In this document: positions 43,270-56,400 of the stretch, piece by piece
How positions within the stretch are numbered: position 1 is the stretch's first letter
Layout: each line of letters begins with the position of its first letter
Assembly: GCA_009914755.4 (NCBI GenBank)
Contig: CP068257.2
Span: forward strand, 5,792,001-5,856,000
DNA length: 64,000 nt
Direction: 5' to 3'
Source: the human T2T-CHM13v2.0 reference genome, Homo sapiens
Notes under the pieces: model-generated
What the model saw: the letters and a program-made list of their open reading frames with translations, nothing else
Database searches by the model: none
What the model was told of the DNA's origin: nothing
Made by a program: the position numbers and the translations under genes

Positions 43270-43541
43270 ATTTCATTTCCCATTCCATTCCATTGCATTC
43301 CATTGCATTCCATTCCATTATATTTCTTTCAATTCCATTCCATCCCATTCCATTCCACTCCTATGCATTCCAATCCACTCCACTACATTGCACTCCATTC
43401 CATTCCTTTCAATTCCATTCCACTCCACCCCACTTCTTTCCACTCCACTCCATTCCATTCCATCCCATTCCATTCCACTATACTGCACTCCACTCAACTG
43501 CACTCCACTCCACTCCACTTCATTCTATTCCGTTCCACTTC

Positions 43542-43603
43542 TTTCCTTCGACAGGATCTCACTCTGTAACCCAGGCTGGAGTGCAGTGGCACAATCTCAG
43601 CTC
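43542..43603 (-). repeat. Alu 3'-end fragment no. 10 (type A)
   Basis: ctttccttcgacaggatctcactctgtaacccaggctggagtgcagtggcacaatctcagctcat. Confidence 0.85.
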
Positions 43604-44145
43604 ATATTTCATTTCATCATTCCATTCTATTCCATTCCTTTCTTTTCCTTTCCATTCCATTATATTCCATTCCATGCCACCGCAATCCACTCTACTCCAC
43701 TCCACTTCATTCCATTCCATTCCATTCCACTCTGCTCCACTCTTCGTCACCAAAATCGACTCCACTCCATTCCATTTCATCCAATACCATTCCTTTCCAC
43801 TCCTCGTCCCTTCTCTCCACTCCATTCCCCTCTTCGTCACCAAAATCGACTCCACTCCATTCCATTTCATCCAATACCATTCCTTTCCACTCCTCGTCCC
43901 TTCTCTCCACTCCACTCCCCTCCACTCCCCTCCACTCCCCTCCACTTCATTCCATTCGATTCCATCCCATTCCGTTCAATTCCACTCCACTCCACTCCTC
44001 CCCATTCCACTCCATTCCATTCTATTCCATGCCATTCCATTCCATTCCATTCCATTCCATTCCATTCCATTCCATTCCATTCCATTCCATTCCATTTTAT
44101 TCCATTCCATTCCTTTCCACTCCACTCTATTCCTTTCCATACCTT

Positions 44146-44208
44146 ACATTCGACAGGATCTCACTCTGTCACCGAGTCTGGAGTGCAGTGGCAGAATCTC
44201 AGCTCACA
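44146..44208 (-). repeat. Alu 3'-end fragment no. 11 (type A)
   Basis: ttacattcgacaggatctcactctgtcaccgagtctggagtgcagtggcagaatctcagctcac. Confidence 0.85.
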
Positions 44209-44595
44209 TTTCATTTCACTATTCCATTCCATCCCATTCCTTTCCATTCCATTCCATTCCATTCCACTCCACTCCATTCCCCTCCACTCCACTCCCCTCC
44301 ATTCCATTCCATTGCATTCCATTCCATTCCACTCCACTCCACTCCACTCCAATCCATTCCATTCCACTCCACTTCACTCCATTCCAGTCCATTCCATTCC
44401 ATTCCATTCGTTTCCACTTCACCCCTCTCCACTGCACTCTACTCCACTTCATTCCATTCCATTCCACTACATTCCATTCCAGTCCACTGCTTTCATCTCC
44501 ACTCCATTCCATTCCATCGCATTCCATTCCACTCCATTCCATTCCATACCACTCCACTCCACTCTGCTATACTCCACTGAATTCCATTCCATTCC

Positions 44596-44658
44596 TTTCT
44601 TTTGACAGCATCTCACTCTGTCACCCAGGCTGGCATGCAGTGGCACAAACTAGGCTCA
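44596..44658 (-). repeat. Alu 3'-end fragment no. 12 (type A)
   Basis: tttcttttgacagcatctcactctgtcacccaggctggcatgcagtggcacaaactaggctcac. Confidence 0.85.
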
Positions 44659-45157
44659 CATTTCATTTCACCATTCCATTGCATTCCATCCCTTTGCATT
44701 CCATTCCATTCCATTCCATTTTTTCCATTCCATTCCATTCCACTCCACTGCATTCCACTCTACTCCACTCCAATCCACTCCACTGCATTCCACTCTACTC
44801 CACTCCAATCCACTCCACTGCACTCCATGATATTCCATTCCATCCCATTCCATTCCACTTGATTCCACTCTACTCCACTCCAATCCACTCCCCTCCACTC
44901 CATTCCATTCCATTCCAATCCATTCCATTCCACTCGATTCCTTTCCATTCCACTCCATTCTATTCCACTCCCCTCCAGTCCATTTCACTCCATTCCATTC
45001 CATTCCACTCCACTCCACTCCATTCCATTATACTCCACTTCAATCCTTTAAACTCTACTCCATTCCATTCCACACCACTCCCCTCATCTACACTCCATTC
45101 CACTCCTCTCCACTCAATTCCACTCCACTCAGCTCCACTCCATCCCATTCCACACCT

Positions 45158-45218
45158 TTGTTTTGACAGGATCTTCCTCTATCACACAGGCTGTAGCGCT
45201 TTTGCACAATCTCAGCAC
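45158..45218 (-). repeat. Alu 3'-end fragment no. 13 (type B variant)
   Basis: tttgttttgacaggatcttcctctatcacacaggctgtagcgcttttgcacaatctcagcaccc, then attccattc. Confidence 0.8.
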
Positions 45219-45878
45219 CCATTCCATTCTGATCTGTTCCATTACATTCCATTCCATTCCTTTCCACTCCACTCCACTCCAATACATTCCATTACATGCG
45301 ATTCTATTCCACTACATTCCACTCTTCTCAACTTCACTGCATTCCATTCCACTCCATTCTACTCCATTCCTTTCCACCCCACTCCACTCAACTCCACTCC
45401 ATTCCATTCCATTCCATTCCACTGTACCCCACTACCCTCCACTCAATTCCACTCCACTCCACTCCACTTCGTTCCATTCCATTCTACTCTACTCCATCCA
45501 CTCCACGCCTCTCCATTCCATTCCACTCCACTCCATTCCACTCCAAACCACTCCACTTCATTCCATTCCACTCCATTCCATTCCGCTCTACTCCACACCA
45601 TTCCATTCCACTCCACTCCATTGCATTCCACTCCATTCCATTCCAGTAAACTCCAGTCCATTCCACTACACTCCATTGCATTCAACTCCACTCCACTCCA
45701 TTCCTTTCCACTCCACTATACTCCATTCCATTCCACTCGAATCCATTCGATTCCACTACAGTCCATTTCATTCAACTCCACTCCACTCCATTCTACGCCA
45801 CTCCACTCCATTCCACTCTTTTCCACTCCACTGCTCTCCTGTCCACTCCACTCCACTCCACTAAATCCCATTCCACAC

Positions 45879-45941
45879 TTTTTTCGACATTATCACCCTC
45901 TGTCGCACAGGCTGTAGCGCAGTGGCACTAAATCAGCACCC
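45879..45941 (-). repeat. Alu 3'-end fragment no. 14 (type B)
   Basis: cttttttcgacattatcaccctctgtcgcacaggctgtagcgcagtggcactaaatcagcaccc. Confidence 0.8.
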
Positions 45942-46066
45942 ATTCCATTCCATTCCATTACATTCCATTCCATCCCATTCCATTCGATTCCATCCCATTC
46001 CATTCCATTCCATTCCTCTCCACTCCACACAACTCCACTGCACTCCACTCCATCCCATTCCACTCC

Positions 46067-46130
46067 TTTCTTTCGATAGGATCTCCTTCTGTCAAACAGA
46101 GTGTAGCTCAGTGGCACAATCTTGGCACCC
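46067..46130 (-). repeat. Alu 3'-end fragment no. 15 (type B)
   Basis: ctttctttcgataggatctccttctgtcaaacagagtgtagctcagtggcacaatcttggcaccc. Confidence 0.8.
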
Positions 46131-46613
46131 ATTCCGTTCCATTCCTTTGCTCTCTATTCTGTTCCATTCCGTTCCACTCCCCTCCACTCCACTCCACTAA
46201 ATTCCATTACGTAAGATTCCATTACACTCCATTCCACTCCTCTCCACTCCACTGCAATCCATTCCACTCCATTCCTTTCCACTCCACTTTAATCCTCTCC
46301 ACTCCACTCTATTCCACTACATTCCATTCCACTCCACTACATTCCATTCCATTCCATTCCACTCCACTACATTCCACTGTTCTCCACTCAACTCCACTCC
46401 AATCCATTCCAATCCACTCAATTCCATTCCACTCCACTCCATTCCATTAAACTCCACTCCACTCCACTCCAGTCCACCACACTCCACTCCATTCCTTTCT
46501 ACTCCATTCCACTCCACTCCACTCCTCTCTAGTCCACTCCACTCCATTCTACTCCACTCCACACCACTCCATTCCTCTCCATTCCACTCCACTCCACTCC
46601 ATCCCATTCCTCT

Positions 46614-46681
46614 CCTTTCTTTCGACAGGATCTTCCTCTGTCACACATGCTGTAGCACAACGGGACAATCTCAACACCCAT
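46614..46681 (-). repeat. Alu 3'-end fragment no. 16 (type B)
   Basis: cctttctttcgacaggatcttcctctgtcacacatgctgtagcacaacgggacaatctcaacaccc. Confidence 0.8.
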
Positions 46682-47403
46682 TTCATTCCATTCCATTGCA
46701 TTCCATTCCATTCCTTTCCGTTTCACTCAAATCTACTCCACACCACTCCATTCCATTCCACCCCACCCCATTCCGTTGCATTCCTTTCCACTCCACTCCA
46801 TTGTATTCCACCCCACTCCACTCCACACCACTCCATTCCACTCCACTCCATTCCAATCCATTCCACTCTATTCCATTCCATTCCAATCCAATCCATACCA
46901 ATCTACTCCAGTAAATTACACTCCATTCCACTCCATTCCATTCCACTCCACCCCATTCGATTACACACAATTACACTCCACTCCACTCCAATCCACTCCA
47001 ATCCACTCCACTCCATTCCACTCCACTCTACTCTATTCCATTAAACTCCATTCCATTCCATTCCACTACAGACCATTCCATCCCACTCCAGTCCATTCCA
47101 CTCCACTCCACTCAATTCCCCTCCACTCCACTCCATCCACTCCTCTCCACTCCATTCCACTCCACTCCACTGCATTCCACTCCACTCCACTCCATTCCAT
47201 TCAACTCCATTCCAGTCCATTCCATTCCATACCATTCCATTCCATTCCACTCCAGTCCTTTCCACTCGATTCCGTTCCATTCCACTGCACTCCATTCCGT
47301 TCCACTACACTCCACTCCATTCCATTCCACTCCTCTACACTCCATTCCACTCCACTCCACTCCATTCCACTCCACGCCTTTGCAATCTATCCCATTCCAC
47401 TCC

Positions 47404-47468
47404 TTTCTTTTGACAGGGTCTCCCTCTGTCACACAGGCTGTAGCGAATTGGCACAATCTCTGCACCCA
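47404..47468 (-). repeat. Alu 3'-end fragment no. 17 (type B). This is the last one; none was found downstream to 64000
   Basis: ctttcttttgacagggtctccctctgtcacacaggctgtagcgaattggcacaatctctgcaccc. Confidence 0.8.
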
Positions 47469-50400
47469 TGTCATTCCATTCTATTCCATTCAACTCCCTT
47501 CCGCTCCACTCCATTCCACTCAATTCAGTGCCAGTCCCGTCCAATGCATTACACTCCATTCCAGTAAATTCCACTCCACTCCATTCCATTCCACTCCATT
47601 CCTTTCCATTCTACTCCACTTCGTTCCACTCCACTCCACTCCACTAGATTCTACTCCTCTCCACTCCATTCCATTCCATTCCATTCAATTACATTCCAAT
47701 CCATTCTATTCCACTGGATTCCTTTCCTTTCCACTCCAGTCTATTCCACTCCTCTCCAGGCCACTCCACTCCACTCCATTCCATTCCAATCCACTCCACT
47801 CCATTCCATTCCACTCCAATGCTTTAAACTCTACTACAATCCATTCCACAGCACTCCACTCCTCTCAACTCCATTCCACTCCCCCCCACTCAATTCCACT
47901 CCACTCCTCTCCACTCCATTCCTTTCCATTCCACTCCATTCCATTCTATTCCACTCCACTCCATTCCACTCAACTCCATTCCACTCCACTATATTCCACT
48001 CCCCTCCACTCCATTCCATTCCATTCCATTCCAATCCATTCCTTTCCACTCGATTCTTTTCCATTCCACTCCAGTCTATTCCACTCCCCTCCACTCCATT
48101 CCACTCCACTTCATTCCATTCCACTCCACTCCACTGCACTCCATTCCACTCCATTTCTATCCATTCTATTCCATTCCACTCCACTCCACTCCAATCCCTT
48201 CCATTCCTTTCCACTGCACTCCAATCCGCACCACTCCATTCCATTCTATTCCAATCCCTTCAATTCCATTCCACTCCACTCCATTGCATTCTACTTCACT
48301 CCATCCCATTCCATTCCACTCCATTCCATTCCATTCCATTCCACTCCACTCCACAACACTCCATTCCATTCTACTTCATTCAACTCCACTCCACACCTTT
48401 CTATTCCATTCCACTAAATTCCACTCCCCTCCACTATACCCCACTACACTCAACTCCATTCCATTATATTCCACTCCACTCCATTCCACTCCAGTATGCT
48501 CCATTCTACTGCACCCCAATCCATTCCATTCCACCCAATTCCTTTCCACTCCACTCCATTCCACTCCTCTCCATTCCACTCCATTCCATTCCATTCCATT
48601 CCATTCCATTCCACTCCACTCCATTCCACTCCATTCCATTCCATTCCATTATACTACACTTCAGTCCATTCTATTCCATTCCATTACATTCCATTTTACA
48701 CCACTCCATTCCTTTCGTCTCCATTCCAATCTATTCCATGCCACTCCCTTCAATTCTACTAAACTCACTTCCATCCACTCCACTCCATTCCAGTCCATTC
48801 CAGTCCATTTCACTCCATTTCACTCCACTCCACTCCGTTCCATTTAATTGCACTCCAACCACTCCACTACTCTCTATTCCATTCCTTTAAATTCCATTGC
48901 ATTCCACTCCACTCCACTCCACCCCTCTCCACTCCACTCCATTCCATTCAATTCCACTCCAGTCCACTCCACTCCACTCCACTCAATTCCACTCCATTGC
49001 ACTCCCCTCCACTACATTCCGTTGCACTCCATTCCATTCCATTCCACTCCACTCCAATCAATTCCAATCCACTCCATTCCAATCCATTCCACTCCTTTCC
49101 ATTCCATGCATTTCCACTCTATTCCATTCCACTACACTCCATTCCATTCCACTCGAATACATTCTACTCCATTCCATTCGACTCCACTCAACTCCACTCC
49201 AATTCACTCCACTCCACTGCTTTCCATTCCATTCCACTCCACTCCATTCCATTCAATTCCATTCCATTCCACTCCACTCTATTTAATTCCACTCCATTCT
49301 AATCCATTCCAAGCCACTCCATTCCATTCCACTCCACTCCATTATATTCACCTCAACTCCATTCCATTCCACTCGTCTATTCCAATCCTCTCCACTCCAT
49401 TTCACTATATTCCCCTCCATTCCATTCCACTAGACTCCACTGCACTCCATTCCATTCCATTACATTCCTCTCCATTCCATTCCATTCCGTTCTATTCCAT
49501 TCCATTCCATTCCATTCTATTCCATTCCAATCAACTCCTTTCCATTCCATTCTATTCCATTCCACTCCATTCTATTCCTTTCCGTTCCATTCCACTACAC
49601 TCCACTTCATTCCAGTCCATTCCATTCCACTCCATTCCACAGCACTGATTCCACTGCATTCCACTACACTCCACTTCTCTCCACTCCACTCCATTCCATT
49701 CCAATGCACTCCACTCCACACCACTCAACTGCACTGCACTGCACTTTGTTCCATTCAATTCCTTGCGATTTCACTCCATTACATTCCATTCCACTCCACT
49801 CCAATCCACTCATCTCAACTCTGTTCCACTCCACTGCATTCCATTCCACTCCACTCCATTCTACTCCACTCCATTCCATTGCCTTGCAATCCACCCCATT
49901 GCTTTCCACCCCACTCCATTCCATTCCACTCCATTCCACTCCATTTCTCTAAAATCCATTCCATTCTACTCCACTCCATTCCATTCCAGTCCATTCCATT
50001 CCATTAAATTCCATTGAACTCCACTCCTTTCCATTGCATTCCAATCCACTCCATTCGATTCCATGCCATGCCATTCCATTCCAGTCCTCTCCAAATCCAT
50101 TCCATTCCATTCCATTCCTCTCCATTCCATTCCACTCCATTCCACAACACTCCAGTCCCTTTAACTGCACTACATTGCATTTCAATTCATTCCATTCCAT
50201 TCCAATTCATTCCTTTGCAATCCACTCCATTCCATTCCAGTCCAATCCATTTCATTCCAATCCATTCCACTCCACTACATTCCATTCCATTCCAATCCAC
50301 TCCAATCCATTCCACTCAATTGCCTTCCATTCGACTACATTGCATACAATTCCATCCCACTCCTTTCCATTCCTCTCCACTTCATTCCACTCCACAGCAC

Positions 50401-53400
50401 TACATTCCAATCCAATCTATTCCAATCCACTCCATTCCATTCCACTGCTTTCTACTCCACTCTGTTCCATTCCATTCCATTCCACTCCAGTCAAATCCAC
50501 TCCAATAGACACCACTCATCCACAGTCCACTCCAATCCATTCCATTCGATTCCTTGCCATTCCATTATATTCCATTCCACTCTTCAGCATTCCACCCCAC
50601 TCAAATCCGTTCCCCTCCACTGCATTCCTTTCCTCTCCCCTCCATTCCACTCCACTCCATTCCATTCCATTGCAATCCACTCCATTACACTCCACTCCAC
50701 TCCATTCCATTGAAGCCCATTCCATTGTACTCCACTGCATTACATTCTAGTCCGCTCCATTCCATTCCTTTCCATTCCACTCCACTCCACTTCATTCCAT
50801 TCCAATACATTCCATTCCACTCCACTCCAATGCATTCTACAGCATTCCACTGCACTCAACTCCATTCCTCTCCACTCTGCTGCAATCCATGTCATTCCAG
50901 TCCACTCCATTCCATTCCACTCCACTCCGCTCCATTCCACTCCACTTCATTCCGTTCCAATCCACTCCGTTCCATTCCACTCCACTCCATTCCATTCCAC
51001 TCAATTCCATTCCACTCCATTCTTATCCACTCCACTCCACTCCATTCCATTAAAATCCATTCACTTCTACTCTTCTCCATTCCATTCCAGTCTACTCTAT
51101 TCCATTCCATTCCATTCTATTCCATTCTACTCTACTCCATTCCATTGCATTCCAATCCACCCCATTCGATTCTATTCTTTCCATTCCATTCCAGTCCTCT
51201 CCATTCTATTCCATTCCACTCCACTCCATTCCACTTCACTACACTCAATTCCACTTCACTCCATTCCATTCCATTCCATTCCACTCCACACCATTCCATT
51301 CCATTCCATTGCATTCCGTTCCATTCCTGTCCCTTCCAGTCCACTCCTTTCCGATCCATTCCACTCCATTCCATTCCCCTCCATTGCCTTCCACTTCCAC
51401 TACATTCCATCCCACTCCATCCCACTCCATTCCATTCCTCTCCACTCCATTCCACTCCACTCCACTCCATTCCAATCCACTCGATTCTACTCCAATCCAT
51501 TCCAATCCCCTCCATTGCCTTCCCATCCACTACATTCCATACCATTACATCCCACTCCATTCCATTCCTCTCCACTCCATTCCACTCCACTCCACTCCAT
51601 TCCAATCCACTACATTCCACTCCACTCCATTCCAATCCAATGCCTTCCACTGCACTCCATTTCATTCCATTCCCTTCGACTCCATTCCAATCCACTCCAC
51701 TCCACACCACTCTACCGCAGTGCACTCCACTACATTCCATTCTATTCCCTTCCATTCCACTCCATTCCATTCCACTGCTCTCCATTCCACCCCACTCAAC
51801 TCCGTTCTACTCCATTGCATTCCATTCCACTCCACTCTATTCCATTCAACTCCATTCCATTTCATTGCAATCCACCTCATTGCATTCCACTCCTCTCCAT
51901 TCCATTGCACTCCACTCCATTGTACTCCATTCCATTCCATTCCACTCCATTGCATTCCACTTCATTCCACTCTACTATACTCCATTCCGTTAAAATCAAT
52001 TCCATTCTACTCCACTCCATTCCATTCCAGGCCACTCAATTCCATTCCATTCCATTCCACTCCACTCCAATCCATTCCACTCCATTCCACTCCACTCAAC
52101 TCCATTCCACTCCACTCCATTCCACTCCACTCCATTGCAGTATATTCCAATCCACCTCACTCCATTCCATTCCACTCCACTCCGTTCCATTCCGCTCCAC
52201 TCCACTCCATTGCATTCCACTGCACTAATCTCCATTCCACTCCACTCCATTCAACACCACTCCTTTCCATTCCATTCCACTGCCGTCCACCCTACTACAC
52301 TCTATTTCACTCCATTCCACTCCACTCCACTCAAATCCATTCCACTCCATTCCATTCCATTCCACTCCACTGCATTCCATTCCACTCCACTCCATTCCTT
52401 TCCAGTGCATTCCATTCTATTCCATTTCATTCCACCCCATTCCATTCGCTTCCATTCCATTCCTTTCCACTCCACTCCATTCCACTCCACTCAACTCCGT
52501 TCCACTCCACTGCATTACATTCCACTCCACTGCATTCCATTCCATTGCAATCCAGTCCCTTCCATTCCACTCCACTCCATTACATTCCTCTCCACTCCAT
52601 TCCATTCCACTCCATACCATTCCACTCCATTTCACTCCATTCAATTCTGATCCATTTCATTCTACTCCACTCCTTTGCAATCCAGTCCACTCCATTACAC
52701 TCCATTATATTATACCCCACTCCTTTCCATTCCATTCCACTCCGCTGCATTCGATTCGATTCCATTCCATTCCTTTCCATTCCACTCCTCTCCATTCCAT
52801 TCCACTCCATTCATCTCCACTCCACTCCATTCCACTTCACTACTCTCCATTCCAATCCACTCCATTCCATTCCAGTCCAATTCATTCCATTCCATTACAT
52901 TCCACTCCACTCCATTTCATTCCACTCCACTTCGCTCCATTCCATTCCACTCCACTCCATTCCATCCCACTCCACTCCACACAATTCCACTCCATTCCAC
53001 TCCACTTCATTCCATTCCGCTCCATTGCATTCAACTCCATTCCACTCCATTCCCCTCCACTCCTCTCCATTCCACTCCACTCCTCTTAATTTCACTTAAT
53101 TTCACTCTACTCCATTGCATTCCACTCCATTCCCCTCCACTCCTCTCCATTCCCCTCCACTCCACCGAAATAGATTCCATTCCACACCACTCCATTCCAT
53201 TCAACTCTTCTCAGTACCGTTTCACTCCACTCCACTCCATTCCATTCCAATTGATTCCACTCCACTCCGTTCCATTGCAGTCCACTCCATGCCACTCTTT
53301 TCCTCTCCATTCCACTCCACTCCAATCCATTCCAATCCATTCCATTCCACTCCACTCCATTCAATTCCATTGCACTCCACTCCAATGCACTCCACTCTAT

Positions 53401-56400
53401 TTCACTCCACTCCACTCCATTACACTCAAATCAGTTCCACTCCATTCCACTGCACTCCATTTCTTTCCACTCTACTCCATTCCATTCCAATACTTTCCAT
53501 TGTATTCTGTTCCATTCCACTCCATTCCATTCCCTTCCATTCCGTTCCTTTCCCTACATCTCCACACCACTCCATTCCACTCCGTTGCATTCCACTCCAC
53601 TCCATAGCATACTATACCATTCCAATGCATTCCACTCCACTCTACTCCATTCCCATCAACTCCATTCCAGTACACTCTATTCCACTCGACTCCACTTGAT
53701 TCCACTCCACTCCTTTCCACTCCGTTCCGTTCAATTCCATTTGATTCCATTCCATTGCATTCCAATCCACTACACTCCATATCACTCTGCTGCAATGCAC
53801 TCCACTCCATTCCATTCCATTCCTTCCCATTCCATTCCATTCCGGTCCGTTCCATTCCACTCGATTCCATTCTCTTCGATTCCATTCCCTTCCACCACAG
53901 TCAACTCCATTCCTTCACATTCCATTCTACTCCACTCCATTACATTCCACTCCACTCCACTCCATTCCGTTCCACACCACTCCCCTCCATTCCACTCCAC
54001 TCCATTCAATTCCACTTCATTCCACTCCACTCCAGTCCGTTCCAATCCACTCCACTCCATTCCACTCCACTCCACACAATTCCACTCCATTCCACTCCAC
54101 TCCATTGCACTCCAAGCCATTCCATTCCACTCTACTTCATTCCATTTGACTCCACTACACTCCTCTCCATTCCAGTCCACTACACTCCACTCCACTCTTC
54201 TCCACTCCACTGCATTCCATTCCTGTTCATTCCACTCCACTCCACTCCATTCCACTGCACTCCATTCCATTCCACTCCACTCCATTCCATTCCACTCCAC
54301 TCCAATGCACTTCGCTGCATTCCATTTCACTTCAATCCACTCCCCTCCAATGTACTCCACTCCACTCCATTCAGTTCCACTCCACTCCATTCCATTCCAC
54401 TCCACTCCATACCATTCCACTCTATTCCACTCCACTCCAGTTCATTCCACTCCATTCCACTCCACCTCATTCCACTCCATTCAAGTCCATTCCATTCCAC
54501 TGTTCTCAATTGCACTCTACTCCATTCCATTTTTCTACACTTCATGCCATTCCTCTCCACTCCATTGCACTCCATTCCATGCTACTCCATTCCATTTGAT
54601 TCCCCTCCACTCCAATTTATTCGACTCCACTGCATTCCATTTCATTCTATTCCACTCCACTCCATTCCTTTCCACTCCATTCCACTCCACTCCACTCCAA
54701 TCCACTCCAACACACTCCACACCAGTCCATTCCACTCCATTCGAAAACGCTCTATTGCACTCCATTCCACTCCACTCCGCTCTACTCCCCACCACTCCAC
54801 TCCATTCCTGTCCTTTTCAATCCACGCCACTCCATTCCACTCCACTCCATTCCATTCCACTCCAGTGCACTCCATTCCACTCCGCTCTACTATTCTCCAC
54901 TCCACTCCGTTTTATTCCACTCCATTCCATTTCATTCCACTCCACTGCATTCCATTCCATTCCACTCCTTTCCATTCCACTCCACTCCATTCCATTCCAC
55001 TCCGTTCCACTCCACTCTTCTCGATTCCACTCCACCCCATTCCATTCCACACCCTCCACTCCATTCCACTCTATTCCACACCATTCCATTTCATTCCTCT
55101 CCAATCCACTGCACTCCACTCCACTCCACTCCACTCCACTCTATTCCACTCCACTCCATTCCATTCCATTCCATTCCAATCCATTCCATTCCACTCCACT
55201 CCATTCCATTCCACTCCACTCTACGCCATTCCTCTCCGCTCCATTCCATTCCACACTCTCCACTCCTTTCCACATCATTCCATTCTACTACACTCCTTTC
55301 CACTCCATTCCATTCCTCTCCACTCCACTTTACTCCACTACACACCATTCCATTCCATACCATTGCTTGCCATACCATTCCTTTCCATTCCTTTCAACTC
55401 ACTCCATTCCAGTCTGCTCCAATATGGTCCACTCCACTCCATTCATTTCCTCTCCACTCCATTCCATTCCACTCCATTCCATTCCATTACATTCCACTCC
55501 ACTGCATTCCGTTCCATTCCATTCCATGCCACTCCTTTCCGTTTCATTACATTTCACTCCATTCCATTCAACTCCACTCCATTCCATTCCAGTCCACTCA
55601 ACTCCTTTCACATCCACTCAATTCCACTCCACTCCAATCCATTCCATACCATCCCTCTCCATTCCATTCCATTCCACTCCATTCCATTCCACTCCACTCC
55701 TTTCCACTCCATTTCACTCCATTCCATTCCATGCCATTCTTTTCCATTCCGTTCCATACATTTCTACATAATTCCTTTCTATTCCATTCCACTATACTCC
55801 ATTCGATTTCACTCCAGTATTCTCCATTCCACTCCATTCCATTCCAATCCATTCCATTGCAGTTCACTACATTCCATTCCACTCCATTACATTCAACTCC
55901 TTTTAACTCCGCTGCACTCCATTTCACTCTGCTCCTCTCTACTCCACTCTACTCTTCATTACTCCATTCTATACCATTATACTCCACTTCCTCCACTCCA
56001 CTCCATTCCATTGATCTCCACTCCATTCCATTCCATTCCATTCCACTCCATTCCTCTCAACTTCACTGCATTCTATTCCACACCAGTTCGTTCCATTCCA
56101 TTCCATTATACTCCATTCCATTCCATTCCATGGCTCTGCATTCGATTCCAATCCATTCTATTCCTTTCGATTCCACTCTACTCAGTTCCATTCCTTTTCG
56201 TTCCATTCCATTCCATTCCATTCCATTCCATTCCATTCCATGCCATTCCACTCTACTCGACTCCATTCCAGTCCACTCCATTCAACTCCACTCCATTCCA
56301 TTTCATTCCATTCCACTCGATTCCAATCCACTCCACTCCATTCCATTCCACTCGACTCCATTCAACTCCACTCCATTCTAGTCCACTCCACACAACTCCA

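Larger units (their letters stand above)
40031..47470. repeat. Satellite sub-domain punctuated by 17 Alu-derived ~60 bp fragments (higher-order structure)
   Basis: The 17 fragments are listed individually below. Between fragments the sequence is pentameric satellite, more divergent than downstream. Confidence 0.85.

Noticed and set aside
40246-47468. A regularly recurring ~60 bp element separated by variable spacers, superficially CRISPR-like
   Set aside because: The repeats are Alu-derived and the so-called spacers are pentameric satellite. The organism is clearly human, with Alu, L1, SVA and HSat3 present. No cas genes are present and the concept is inapplicable.
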